Shown: positions 12,190 through 22,994, counted from the stretch's first letter. The stretch: DNA of 64,000 nucleotides from Carpediemonas membranifera BICM (GCA_019828565.1 JAHDYR010000002.1:124001-188000), one strand, 5' to 3'. The notes: generated by a model from the letters alone, not told the origin. Made by a program: numbers and translations.

Positions 12190-12867
12190 TAAAGATCGGA
12201 TTTAGTCTCGCGGTCAATCTCACGTGGCCCAGAGCAGCGTGCTCCTGGAATCAACAGGGCATAAAACACCCTGCGTATTCCGGTAGCACACCGTTCTGAC
12301 TCATACGTCCGTCTCTGGTTGTCGTATACAGGTCTATTTACGTGTTTGGCGATGGCGCTCCCTTAAATCTGCTTGAACAGCGTGTCGTGGCTGTCAGTAT
12401 GCTGCAAATGTCTCAGCGAGAAAGGAGTCACCAATCGCGTTCAGCTTTCTTGTTTCTCGCCTGATAAGGCTCGTAATATCGTTCAAGCGTGAATCTATGA
12501 AGTAATGGGACTGAATGGCCTCTATTGCGTCAATTTCTTGCGTAATCGTTGTTGAATGGCCTAGAATAGATGTTGCAGCTGCTTCCAGCTCCTGTTGCAT
12601 GCTAAATGCTGTGTTTTGGACAATTGGCCGTGTTCAGGCAGAATTTTTTCGTGCAAAGTGCAGGCTAATACCCGTCCTTAAACTGTGGGATCAGCCGCTG
12701 GGTAAATATACTGAGAAAAAACCATATAGCTGAGTTCACTGTCTTGTGCTGAATACGGTGGCGCCATTTATTTCTCTGAATCGCTAAGTTTTGTCAGCGT
12801 TGACCGCGCACGACCGGTCGTCCTTACGCGATGTCACCAACACCATCATATTCTTCCCCCTGATATT

Positions 12868-13389
12868 CTACGTGTCCCCCAGTCTGGATTCGTGGTCTGC
12901 AATATTCACAGAGATATTCGCCTTCTCTTTCGCGAATTTGACTTTTTTAATTATATAAATAGGGCGCGTATAGCGCCACAAGCAGGAAGGTGCTGCCGAG
13001 TTTGTAGCGTAGGCCACAACGTGACCACGAACGGTCTGGCCCTCAGTCGCACTGCGCACGATCACCCCACGCACACTCTGGACCGTTGGATGCCGCTCAG
13101 TGATGTCCGGCAGATCGGGCAACGTAATGATGCCCGTAGCGCCATCCACCGAATCATCGCTGGACGAAACGTCGTCGGGAGCTGGTTCCTCGACGGGAGA
13201 AGGCTCTGGAGCTGCAGGAGTCGGTGGGGGCACGGCGCTACCGCAATGCTTGCGCTTAAGTGCGCGGAGACGAGAAACAAAGGCCGAAGCCGTAGAGTTG
13301 GATGAAAACTCGGTGATTAAGGCATCCAGATCCGCTTCAAGGGCGCTCATTAGGGCGTACGAGACCTTTGTTCGAAAACAAAGGTCCAT
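12868..13389 (-). CDS. hypothetical protein (Pro/acidic linker), possibly TE-associated
   Basis: 173-aa ORF with plausible composition; no recognisable motif. Confidence 0.3.
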   Translation of the reverse strand: MDLCFRTKVSYALMSALEADLDALITEFSSNSTASAFVSRLRALKRKHCGSAVPPPTPAAPEPSPVEEPAPDDVSSSDDSVDGATGIITLPDLPDITERHPTVQSVRGVIVRSATEGQTVRGHVVAYATNSAAPSCLWRYTRPIYIIKKVKFAKEKANISVNIADHESRLGDT

Positions 13390-14259
13390 TTACATTAGTT
13401 ACATGTGCAGAAATATGGACCTTGAGGGTGCACACTGACCTAGTCTACCCAACTTTAGACGAGGAATACCGTGGTAACACTCATAGTTCGCCATTTATTG
13501 ATCGTCATCGATTTCTGAAGGCTCGTTCGGGCCGATCCCTAATTCCCAAAACCAAAGGCCGAGTTCAAGAGATAACAACGGCCTTCTTACCCCAAAGGCT
13601 AATGGCATAGATATTGATGTTCTTAATTTGAGAAGGAAGGCCTTAAGCCGTTCCAAGAAGCAACGCAACGAGCAGAAGAAGAAAAATCGCCAGAACTCGC
13701 GAACGAGGCCGAATTGAGGCCTCTAAAGGCGTTTTTCACCTGCACCTATGTAAGTATGGGCGCTTCGGGCTACATACCCGAAGACTTTTCCATCTACGTC
13801 TCATTATGCACTTTAAGGCATTAGATCGAGATAATCAAATTTCAAACGGCCCTTTTAGGGTCCGTGGAGGGGCAGAGGACCCCGGTAAGACATCGCATAA
13901 CATAGCTAGCTAACCCAGTGGTACCACAATGATTGAATCCGTTCGGATCCCGAATCTTTTTCAAGATTCTCAAACCAGCCTATTCTGGCAACTCATATGA
14001 GGTGTTCGCCTGGCATCCCTGCCAAGGATGTCGCCAAAGGTGTCTGAAGAGTTGGCCCCCCGACGTCCCGGAGGTCACTTGAGTTTTAGAGCGTTCGCTC
14101 ATATTCTTGTCATGGCTCTGCGAGCCATGGGGAGGCAGTGTCGTGGGTCCTACCCACATGTTACACAGAAATAGATTTACACAGTCATCAACAGTCAAAC
14201 GACACCCATTGTGTCGACTCTTCTCTTTGTAAACCCTTTTTACCTTTGTTTGGCCCGAG

Positions 14260-14847
14260 GACCACAACAGAGCCTGTCCGCGGAACGCGAAGGCTCGGAG
14301 GTATGTTTCGATGACAGAGTCGTCTTCTTCGAGAGCCAAGCAGGCGAGCGTATTATTGAACTTGGTGTTGAGCCTCGAGACCTCGATCGGGGTGAAAGAT
14401 GATAGCTTCATTCGAAGCAGATTGAGGCATTGCTCCTGTCGCTTAGGGCGCAGGACGGAGGCAAGCCGACTGATGGCTGCGTTCTCGCCAGACTTTCTCA
14501 GCTTGGACTTGTGTTTCTTTTCAGATAAGTCCTGAAGGACAGGATCGTCCTCAGCGAGCGTCGGTTCGTCTATCTTGGGAATGGCCAGCATTTGGCACAC
14601 AAACGAGCGCACCTCGGCGGATAAGAGCTTCACCAGTTTGGTTTTCCCGCCGAGGGCGCGTTAATCCAACAGTTCGGTGTAGAACGCGCTGAAAGCGTCG
14701 AAAGTAGCTGTCTTGAGCATCGGGGTGTCATTCTTGGGGTTCTTCATACGTTTGAAAGTACTAGTACTGTGGTTGATGAAGAAGGTAATGCTAATTTGCC
14801 TTTTCGGGGCTTTTTCCTCACTCTCTCTGATTTACCTTCTATTAACA
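14260..14847 (-). mobile_element. Ty3/gypsy remnant: candidate 80-bp LTR (14768-14847), palindrome, gag pseudogene (ATG 14747)
   Basis: MKNPKNDTPML...LLD*RALGG... aligns with the gag at 3857 (FRDYRAYGG); TGT...ACA segment upstream. Left boundary approximate. Confidence 0.62.
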
Positions 14848-14945
14848 TGTGGTGATGCCATTAGGTCTATTTTTCATTTAACGGGCAATAAAATATTAAC
14901 ATAATGAGCATACCCAGCGAACCCATGGCTTCCCAGCCCCGTCAT

Positions 14946-15761
14946 TCAGACCTTCCCCTTGTACTCGATCTTAACCTTGGCCACGACGTCCTGCGCGGTC
15001 ATGCAGTCCGGGTAGACCGACTGCCAGTCATTCATGTGCTTGTGGGAGGTCAGGATGTGGTTGTAAAGATGCTCTTTTCGAACAAACGTCTCGCCACACT
15101 GCGGCATACGGCAGACGAACGGCCTGTCTCCTACGTGCTTCCGTTTGTGGAAAATAAGCCTCTCCTTGCGACTAAAGGCCCTACCGCAGCCTTCCCACTC
15201 ACATATCCACTGGTTCTCGCAGTGTACCTCCTTCATGTGGCGCTTAAGCTGCCCATTCGTCCCAAATGTACGCTTACACTGGCTGCAAATGAACTTATCG
15301 AACGGGTGGTTCTCATTGGCATGCTGCACTATCTGTAGCACGCTCTTGACTACGACGTGGCAGTATGGGCATTGGATGTCCATTGCATGGTCGGGCATGT
15401 TCTCAAGCTGATCCATTGACGCTTTCATATCGCCCATCGGAGCACGCATGTGCGCGTTCAGGCGGTGTTTAGAGCGGTTGGGGCGGAGAACGGGCTTGAG
15501 CCTGAGGGCTGTGGGGAGGGGGGCCTTTGGATGGCTCATGGACGGCATTGAGTGGGTATCCGTGCTTATTTGGGGAATAGGTGCCGGCTGTGGAGGAACA
15601 AGATGCGCGTTCATGAGAATAGAGGGCTCGCGGAACGGTAGCGTGTCCAAATCATGGTCAATTTGCAGTTTGTGGTGATAGCCGGTGGGATCGACGCTGA
15701 GATTCGGCCCATCCATCATATGATGACTCTTATCAATGATAAAGTTATCATCTCCGAACAT
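14946..15761 (-). CDS. C2H2 zinc-finger transcription factor (4 fingers)
   Basis: CPYC..H..H, CSQC..HMKEVH, CEWEGC..HKRKH, linker VGDRPF, CRMPQC..HILTSH. Confidence 0.9.
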   Translation of the reverse strand: MFGDDNFIIDKSHHMMDGPNLSVDPTGYHHKLQIDHDLDTLPFREPSILMNAHLVPPQPAPIPQISTDTHSMPSMSHPKAPLPTALRLKPVLRPNRSKHRLNAHMRAPMGDMKASMDQLENMPDHAMDIQCPYCHVVVKSVLQIVQHANENHPFDKFICSQCKRTFGTNGQLKRHMKEVHCENQWICEWEGCGRAFSRKERLIFHKRKHVGDRPFVCRMPQCGETFVRKEHLYNHILTSHKHMNDWQSVYPDCMTAQDVVAKVKIEYKGKV

Positions 15762-16072
15762 TCTGCTTCTGTTGGCTCAAACACTGATTGTTGGATGAAT
15801 GGTCCGGAAGTCAGCAAAAATGAAGTCATCGCCCGACAGACACGGGAGGGCCCGAAAGACTACCATGGACCCCCTGATCGGACACGGATCCTCTGCCCTA
15901 CGTTCACGAGCTTGGAGTCGAGAGTGAATGGGAGCACGCCGATGTTGCAAAACTGCGGGGGGAGACAACTCCCATTGCAACCGTGATCTCCGCCAACAGC
16001 TCTTGGGGTCAACAACAGCCTCGTCATCCCCAATACGTCTCTCTCTACACTTCGCTACGCTTATACACTCAT

Positions 16073-17593
16073 TTACCTGACCTGGTTCCTGAGGATCTGA
16101 TCGATTTCCTTGACCTTATTCTGCACATCCTCGTCCGACCCCCCAAACACCTTACCCTGTTCGTTCTGCAGCACGTATGTGGCCGTAGCGTGGGTGCACC
16201 TCCAGTACCTCGACCTTGAGTCAAACTGCCCGCCCGAGATAAACGCGTAGTCTCCTGCCGGGGTGACGTTCTGTGCCCTGAGGAACTTGCTGGTCTCCAG
16301 GGCCTGGTGGTAGTGGGGGATCGGGAAGTCCGGGTCCTTCCACACCGGGACGAACACCACGAATGACAGAGGCACCCCGGCCTGCTCAGCCCGCTCGAGC
16401 TGGGCATTTACGAGGTCGGCCGTGCGGTCCATGACCTCGAGTGTGAAGGGCGGGTTGGCCTCGTACGACCCGCTGGTAATGCCAAGGTCGAAGGCAGACC
16501 CGAGGGACCCGAAGAAAACGTCGATGTCGGGGAAGGCGGAGCAGTAGTGGGAGAAGTAGCAGTTCGTGGGCGAGGCGAAGAGCTCCATGCCCACACCAAA
16601 GGCAGTCACCAGATGCTCGAAGACGGCCTCGGGGGCGGCCGCGTGGAAGGCACGGCCCTGGAACCGAGATGGACCAAAGAAAGTGTTGTAGCGGAGTAGG
16701 AGGACGAACACAGCCCTGTTGAAGTGGACGAGGTCCGGGTCAGCGGTGCAGTGTCGCGTGTACAGCTCCTTGAGCTTGCTGAGGTGCAGCTTACCAATGT
16801 GGAGCCGCTTGTTGCCGTGGTCGACGGCACAGTCGTCCCTCCCCTCAGTAATAGTCACGGCAGCAGTGGAGTCGCCCTCCTGCCTCTGGGGCCTGGTCCC
16901 GAGCTGCGCCTCGGTCGTCTGGATCAGGTGCGAGTGGATCGACCGCATGGCCGAGTCAAACACGGGTCTCAGGGTAGCACGGACGGTCTTACACGCCTCG
17001 ACGAACGCTGTGACGTCAGGTCTGTCCGGCTCGAGGGTCTTGTCCATTGCTGCGAGGGCAGCGGGCACGTCCTCCGAGGCCTTCCCATGGTCAGTCCAGT
17101 CAGACACGGCCTTCTTGTACTCAGCAGCGAACTGGCGCAGGTGTCCTACGTTGTCGAACAGTGTGGTGAGGGGGATGGGGAAGGCCTCGTATAGGTCCGT
17201 CTCGAGCACAGAGGAGGAGACAAGCACCTCGGGGCACCGCAGGACGGGGTCGGCAGAGGACTTGGGGGTCTCTGCAACCATCTCGAACAGCCAGCGGTTG
17301 AAGGATTCCTTGCGGGGCCTGGTGTGGAGCTGGTCCTTGCAGATCTTGATGTACTCGTCGCGGAGCTTCAGAACAATGTCCGCACGCCACATTTCTTCGG
17401 AAACAGTGGGCATAAGGCGATCTACCTCATCAATAGAGGACTGAATGGCTTCGGCTGATGAGTCTACGGGAGATTCTGCGGGGCACAGTGTTTTGCAATC
17501 AAGGAGGAAGTTCCACGGGTTGATGATGGGGCGATCCCTCTCACGATACGGTGCATCACGGCGTCTACCATCATTTCTTCCACGACGACCCAT
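16073..17593 (-). CDS. PCIF1: mRNA cap-adjacent m6Am methyltransferase (PCIF1/CAPAM-like), no WW domain
   Basis: ESFNRWLFE, LLLRY, HAAAP, ELFASP-N, YCSAFPD-D-FFGS-GS and catalytic GSYEANPPF, LSFVVFVPVW: the PCIF1 catalytic-domain signature. Confidence 0.88.
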   Translation of the reverse strand: MGRRGRNDGRRRDAPYRERDRPIINPWNFLLDCKTLCPAESPVDSSAEAIQSSIDEVDRLMPTVSEEMWRADIVLKLRDEYIKICKDQLHTRPRKESFNRWLFEMVAETPKSSADPVLRCPEVLVSSSVLETDLYEAFPIPLTTLFDNVGHLRQFAAEYKKAVSDWTDHGKASEDVPAALAAMDKTLEPDRPDVTAFVEACKTVRATLRPVFDSAMRSIHSHLIQTTEAQLGTRPQRQEGDSTAAVTITEGRDDCAVDHGNKRLHIGKLHLSKLKELYTRHCTADPDLVHFNRAVFVLLLRYNTFFGPSRFQGRAFHAAAPEAVFEHLVTAFGVGMELFASPTNCYFSHYCSAFPDIDVFFGSLGSAFDLGITSGSYEANPPFTLEVMDRTADLVNAQLERAEQAGVPLSFVVFVPVWKDPDFPIPHYHQALETSKFLRAQNVTPAGDYAFISGGQFDSRSRYWRCTHATATYVLQNEQGKVFGGSDEDVQNKVKEIDQILRNQVR

Positions 17594-17723
17594 AATTGGC
17601 GAGAAAATACGTCAGCGACTTCTGAGCCTTAAAGTGCGGTTTTCGACGAATGCGGCATTCCTCGCCTCCAACGCAGTGCCCGAGCCCCCTCACAGACAAC
17701 CAGCCAAATAATCACTACTTTAC

Positions 17724-19898
17724 TCATCCAATCACGAGCACGAACGCCACCACAGACACTGCGAGCAAAACCACGGCGCCCAACGCTCCCGCCAATACAA
17801 GCCCGTCGCCCGCACTCACAGCAGCTGTGACCTTCGCGCCAAGGAGCATGCGGAGTATCCTGAAGAAGAGCACCTTGATGAGCTCGGACACGGGTGCCTC
17901 CAGGGCGTTAAGACCGTCGTCTGAGGCGTCCACGTGGCCCTCATCGTCCTTGACCTCATGCTCAGCCACACGGGAGGGCCTGGCTCTCCGCTTCTTCTTC
18001 TTGCCCTTCTCCTTGGGCTCGTCTCTCTTACTCTGGGTAGGCTCAACCTTCTTGGTCTTTTGTACTTTCGTCTTGAGAGTGACCTCGACGTCTCTTCCTT
18101 CAGCCCATGCCTTCTCCTCCTCTGTGGCAGGCTCGACAGCGCGGTGCTTGAGGCTGGGGGTGGGTGGATTCGAACCCGAGCTCATTGCTTCTCTCTTGCC
18201 CTTGCGGGCGGTGCGGCCCTGATCCTTCCCAGAAGCTGAGGGGGATGTCTTTCCTGTCTTGGTAGCAGGAGCGGGCTTCTTCTCAGCCTTGGCATGCTTG
18301 GGCGTCTTCTTCTCCCTCACATTCACGTCGACAGGCTCGGGGCTCTTCAGCTCGAGGACCTGCTCGACCTCAGTTACGGCCACCTCCCGAACAAGAGGGG
18401 ACCCGACCTCAGCTTCCCCACTGGGCAGAGTGAAGCCCTGCCTGGCTGCTGGGGGTGGGGTTGAGGGGATGGGGTTGTTGGGCACATGCGTGTTGTTGTT
18501 GCTGGAGCTCGAGGCAAGAACATGCGGGCGATCAGACTCGGCAACCTTGCGGCGACGCATGGCGTAGAACTGGCGCTTGACCTCCTTCTCGTCTCCGGCC
18601 ACAGTCTTGGCCCTACCCTGCCTAGGGCCCATGCCACCACCCCGACCGTGGTGGTTGTTGTTGAGTCGCCGAGTCACGGGACCAGGAGTCGCGTTCGAGT
18701 CGGCTCGGGCCTTGGTTACGGTGACAACGTCCGGGACAGGCTGGGGTTCCTCAAAGGAGGGGCTGGGTGAGGAGACAGAGACGGGGATCGGCTTTTCCAC
18801 CACTATGGCCATCGTGGCCGACTCGCGGGCAATGGGGGTCGGGCCAGCGACAGCAGCTGCGAAAGAAAGCTTGGGCTTGATGGTCCTAGGTGGTGAGGGC
18901 GCCTTGGGCGGGCTCCGAGGACTGGCATGTGCCCCGTTTCGCAGGTTTGCCCAACGATCGATGTCGCGACCGGGGCTCGGGCTCTTCCCGCTGGCTCCGT
19001 CCCTGTAGAGCATGGGACGTTCGAACGGCAGGTTGGGCTTCATCTTGGTGACGAAAGAAGTAGCCCTCGATCTGTTGGGGCTTGAGGTGGCAGAGATGCT
19101 GAGGTCGCTAATGTCGCCCCAACGGACGCTACCAGGCGACTGGTGGGTGAAGGAATCAGCGTCCATGCTCTCCGCTCCGCTGTCGATAGAGCTAAACTCG
19201 GCTTTGAGGCCGTCGAGCAGAGCTTCGAACGAGACGACCCTGTCGTCACCTAACTGGGTCAGGTCTCCAGTAGAAGGGCGGCGGGACATGGCGCGAGAGG
19301 CGGGGAGTGAGGTCAGCATAAACTGCTTCTTCGGGGAGGGTGTCGCGTTGGCTGGGGCGGGGGCGACGCTCGTGGAGCTGATGAGCTCATGGTGCAGGGT
19401 AAACTTCATCTTCCGGCCGGAATACAGGCCTCTGCGACGGAGGGCGCGGCGTAGGGCGTTGATGTAGCGCTGATCGATGATGGAGGTCCACACTGTAAAC
19501 GTAGCCTTGTGGGCTTTGACCGAGAGGCAGACTCCGGTGACGTGTTTGAGCAGGACGGCCTCAATGCGCCTCTTGATGAACAGATCGATCACTGACTCCC
19601 AGTTCTTCTGAATATCGGCCTCGCCGGTCGGCCAGAGGAAGGATAGGTGGCCGCCATCGATGTTTTGAGGGGCTTCCCAGGTTGGAGGGACGCCTTCTTC
19701 GAATATTTTCACGGTGAAAGGCGTATCGAGAGCGCTAATATTCATATATGGCCTGATGGCTGCATCGAACTCCTCTTCGGTGCGGCAGCAGGCGATACTT
19801 GCTTTCGCAGCGCGTACCTGATACTCGGAAGCGGAAATGCCGGTATGCGGCGTCTTATTGTTATCGAAGTAAAGCTGGAGCGGCTTGAAGCGTGCCAT
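17724..19898 (-). CDS. eIF4E-domain protein with long disordered region and C-terminal hydrophobic (putative transmembrane) tail, 724 aa
   Basis: N-terminal ~175 aa: FEEGVPPTWEAPQNIDGG, QKNW, VTGVCLSVK, FTVWT (eIF4E core). C-terminus GLVLAGALGAVVLLAVSVVAFVLVIG. First ATG at 19898. Confidence 0.8.
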   Translation of the reverse strand: MARFKPLQLYFDNNKTPHTGISASEYQVRAAKASIACCRTEEEFDAAIRPYMNISALDTPFTVKIFEEGVPPTWEAPQNIDGGHLSFLWPTGEADIQKNWESVIDLFIKRRIEAVLLKHVTGVCLSVKAHKATFTVWTSIIDQRYINALRRALRRRGLYSGRKMKFTLHHELISSTSVAPAPANATPSPKKQFMLTSLPASRAMSRRPSTGDLTQLGDDRVVSFEALLDGLKAEFSSIDSGAESMDADSFTHQSPGSVRWGDISDLSISATSSPNRSRATSFVTKMKPNLPFERPMLYRDGASGKSPSPGRDIDRWANLRNGAHASPRSPPKAPSPPRTIKPKLSFAAAVAGPTPIARESATMAIVVEKPIPVSVSSPSPSFEEPQPVPDVVTVTKARADSNATPGPVTRRLNNNHHGRGGGMGPRQGRAKTVAGDEKEVKRQFYAMRRRKVAESDRPHVLASSSSNNNTHVPNNPIPSTPPPAARQGFTLPSGEAEVGSPLVREVAVTEVEQVLELKSPEPVDVNVREKKTPKHAKAEKKPAPATKTGKTSPSASGKDQGRTARKGKREAMSSGSNPPTPSLKHRAVEPATEEEKAWAEGRDVEVTLKTKVQKTKKVEPTQSKRDEPKEKGKKKKRRARPSRVAEHEVKDDEGHVDASDDGLNALEAPVSELIKVLFFRILRMLLGAKVTAAVSAGDGLVLAGALGAVVLLAVSVVAFVLVIG

Positions 19899-20685
19899 GG
19901 TCGGTGTTGCGGAGTTCTGGGTCTGCTTCCTTCGAGTCGAAACTTGAGATATCCTGCGATCCGCCCGATCTCCGATTGCTCGGGCGGGTGCGCCGGTCAG
20001 GATGGTCAGCTGAGGCCAAGTTAAGAAGAGTTGGCGGTTATCGAAATTTTTGAGCTCTGGGTGGCTTAAACTGCCAAGGCAAAAATCACGGAGGACACCG
20101 GCATGACACGCTAAAATGGTGGAGTGATTATGGATACTCCATTCAACTCCTTGGCTATTTCGGTCATCTATCAGGCCTCGACAGTTTACGATTTCCACAG
20201 TTTCTGCAGCTTCAGTTCTCAATATTCGACTCTGCTTGCTGCCAACACAAGTGACGGAAGAGATGTGTAGTCATCGATGCTGACACTCATAGTAGCCACG
20301 ATCTAGTCCTCGGTCACCTCCAATTCAGCCTGAGCATCTCGACTATCTCACGAGGAAGTGATTGCCACCTACAGGCCAATCCTGGTGACCATGCAAGCGC
20401 CACAAGGTGCAGATACTGATATTGTTAACTAGCGAGGCCGCACACGGCGGGGGGTGCAATGCTGCGGCAACCTCAGGGGACTTTTCCAAGAACAAGTCGA
20501 GGAAAGAAGTCTCCGGTCTGAAAAATTCGGTTGGATCTAAAAACTACCCGGAGGCAGTATTTGTGTGATCAAACACAAAAGAACATGAAACTTCACTTGA
20601 ATTCGAGCTAGTCGAAGAAGACTGGTGCTGAAAGAAAAAATAAAATGCAAGAAAAAAAGAAGAAGGTGGAACTCAGTTTAAGAGC

Positions 20686-21611
20686 TTAGAAGTGGCCGGC
20701 CATGCAGCCCATGCTCTCGATACCGCACTCATCAACACCACGCTTGATCTTGAAGGTGCCACCGATACCCCAGTCATAGCCCCAGGAGTTGGCAACTGTC
20801 CAGTAGGGAGTGTTGTTCTCAACGCCCCAGCCGATGATCTTGATGGCGTGGCCACCCATCTCAGCGCCAGAGGTGTGGGAGTAGACACCGGAGGTGTAGT
20901 AGTAGAAATCACGATAGACGATGAAAGCAGCCTCGATGGGGCCGTATTTGTAGATCTCGTCCTGGATCTCCTCAACGGAGTTGAGCTGCTTGAAGGAGGT
21001 AGCGTAGTACTTCTGGGGGGCGGAGCCGTCCTCACAGGTGGAGGGGCAGGCGGGCACGTCACCCTGGGCGGACTTGTAGGAAAGGCAAGAGTTGGGGACG
21101 ATGCCGTAGTTCTTGATGTAGTTCCAGACGTTGTACATAGCACCACCGTTGCAGCCGTGATCGGTGTGGTCGCAGGAGACGAGCCACTGAGCGGAGAACT
21201 TCACAGACTCGCCCTTGGCGATGCAGTAGCGGTCAGAGGAGGACTCGGCGGCGCCGAAAGCCCAGCAGGAGCCGCACTGGGCCTGGTTGCGGATCTCCTT
21301 GACGGTGGGGCAGGAAGCGCCCCACTTGTCGCGGGAATCGAAGGACTCGGGGAGGGTGTAATCAACCTTGAAGGTGGACTCGCGGAACATGCGGGGGCGG
21401 CGAGCGGGGATGGTGCGCATGACCATGCGGGAGAGCTCCCAGTCAGACTTGCCAACGAACTGGTCGTGGATGCCGACCTATGTGAGAAAAGAATATGGTG
21501 GCGTGAACAGACCTCGAAGGAAGGGTTGGATTGGCGGATCATCTCAGCCTCGTGCTGGGAGAGCTGAGCGAACACAGTGGCGACAATAGCCAAGGCAATG
21601 ATGAGCTTCAT
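20686..21611 (-). CDS. Cathepsin B-like cysteine protease (papain C1A), 2 exons, intron 21478-21512
   Basis: Signal peptide MKLIIALAIVATVFA; QAQCGSCWAF, GCNGG, GGHAI, ANSWG. Splicing the 35-nt GT..AG intron joins SFE to VGIHDQF in frame. No occluding loop. Confidence 0.95.
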
Positions 21612-22130
21612 GTCCGTTTCGTTTTTGTGGCAAAGCTGCACATGGATCCGAGATTTTGAGCATCATTGATCCATCTCAAATCACAGATGGGGTTTCGCCC
21701 ATCACACCGTCAGCGGGCTCCATGGAAGCAGAAGAGCACCCTGCCGGCTTGAATCATACATTGACCAGCGTTGACTGGTTGAGACGATCACGAGACTGGG
21801 CCCGCCGAGCCCTTCCTGGGCATCTGAACAAAAAGTGAACAAATATGGACATTTCCAGTCGATCTGGATGACAGACACTTCTTTGACTATCGTTGACCTT
21901 CGTTGGTTTTGTCTAGATCGACGGTGGTAGAGGCTCTCAGCATGTTATACCGCGAATAGTGCCAGTATGAACATTGTGATTTATTACAAGTGCTCTTGGC
22001 AGAAGGCTGACTACTCGTTTTGAGTCGCAGACGATTGATGCAAAAGGCGAGTTACTACAGAACTGGCATAAATATCACAGCCACAGCATCAAATCATGTG
22101 ACGTGGCTATAACCAGCGTTCATTCCTCCC

Positions 22131-22700
22131 TCATCCAGACTCATGGCCCTGACCCGACCCGCCCCATGCCTGCTCGAGGGCAGACACTCGTGCATCCAAC
22201 GCCGACACCACTGCCTCGATCCTATCAAGCCTGCTCATGCCCTGCTTGTCACTAATTGCCGAGTATAGCGCCTGCTGGCCCTCGATGAGGCGGGCCATTT
22301 GGGCAGACTGCTCTTGCATGGCTGAAATGACGGATACGAAGCTTGAATCGATGCCTGCACTTGGTCTCTCCATCGGGGGTGGTGTTGGTGCCCGTTGTCT
22401 GGATGGAGACGAGAATACCGGCGAAGTATGCGGTGATTTTTGAGGGGACTGGGTCGGCGGGGCGGAATCAAGCACGCGCTGCATGTGATTGAGAGGATGG
22501 GATGCTTTGATAGGACTAACATGCTCCAGTTCGCGCTTGAGAGCATCCAGCGCCCTTTGCCTGTCCGATAATTCTCTCCAGAACGGAGACTCGGCGGGAA
22601 GCGCTTGCGATGTGAACCTGGCGGGCGAAGAGGCATAAGTTCTGCCACCTGTCCCGTATATATATGGAGAGTTCTGCATTGGCACATGGAATTCGGACAT
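22131..22700 (-). CDS. hypothetical coiled-coil protein
   Basis: 189-aa ORF with SP-rich linker and heptad repeats; additional upstream exons possible. Confidence 0.5.
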   Translation of the reverse strand: MSEFHVPMQNSPYIYGTGGRTYASSPARFTSQALPAESPFWRELSDRQRALDALKRELEHVSPIKASHPLNHMQRVLDSAPPTQSPQKSPHTSPVFSSPSRQRAPTPPPMERPSAGIDSSFVSVISAMQEQSAQMARLIEGQQALYSAISDKQGMSRLDRIEAVVSALDARVSALEQAWGGSGQGHESG

Positions 22701-22994
22701 TGTATCGGTTGTTCAGCGTGGCAAAGTCGATCGACTCTGCAACGACGGACCAGCCTATTATGATGGCCAGCCATGTCTGCGCATGTATAAGCAGTACCAA
22801 CACGGTAATTTAGTCTTAGGTCTGGTCGAGATCAAGGACGGTGACGTCAGGGGGCTATAGGGGTGAGTCTGTCGTTGAGGAGATGAGCTCGAGACTGATG
22901 ATAAGGGGCTCGGCTTGTTGTTGTTGCTGGTGGGGTCTCTGCTGGATCATAGTCTGTGTTTGGCATCAATAGAGAAAAACGCGGCCACACTGCA

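Noticed and set aside
13921-13935. CACAATG (Transib/RSS heptamer-like) as the right end of transposase copy 1
   Set aside because: It is a lone 7-mer without the GTGAAA subterminal repeats, and the left end is missing, so it cannot be tested.
11521-14665. Two in-frame TAA codons at positions where paralogs have Tyr (11521 and ~14663): possible stop-codon reassignment
   Set aside because: Both are in decayed TE copies and one substitution from TAC/TAT. Host genes such as cathepsin B terminate at TAA at the expected position.
18160-18180. GGATTCGAACCC B-box/tRNA-like motif
   Set aside because: It lies inside the eIF4E-domain CDS with no cloverleaf around it.
19899-20222. 108-aa N-terminal extension of the eIF4E ORF
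   Set aside because: It starts at a non-ATG codon, and the eIF4E fold begins right after ATG 19898.
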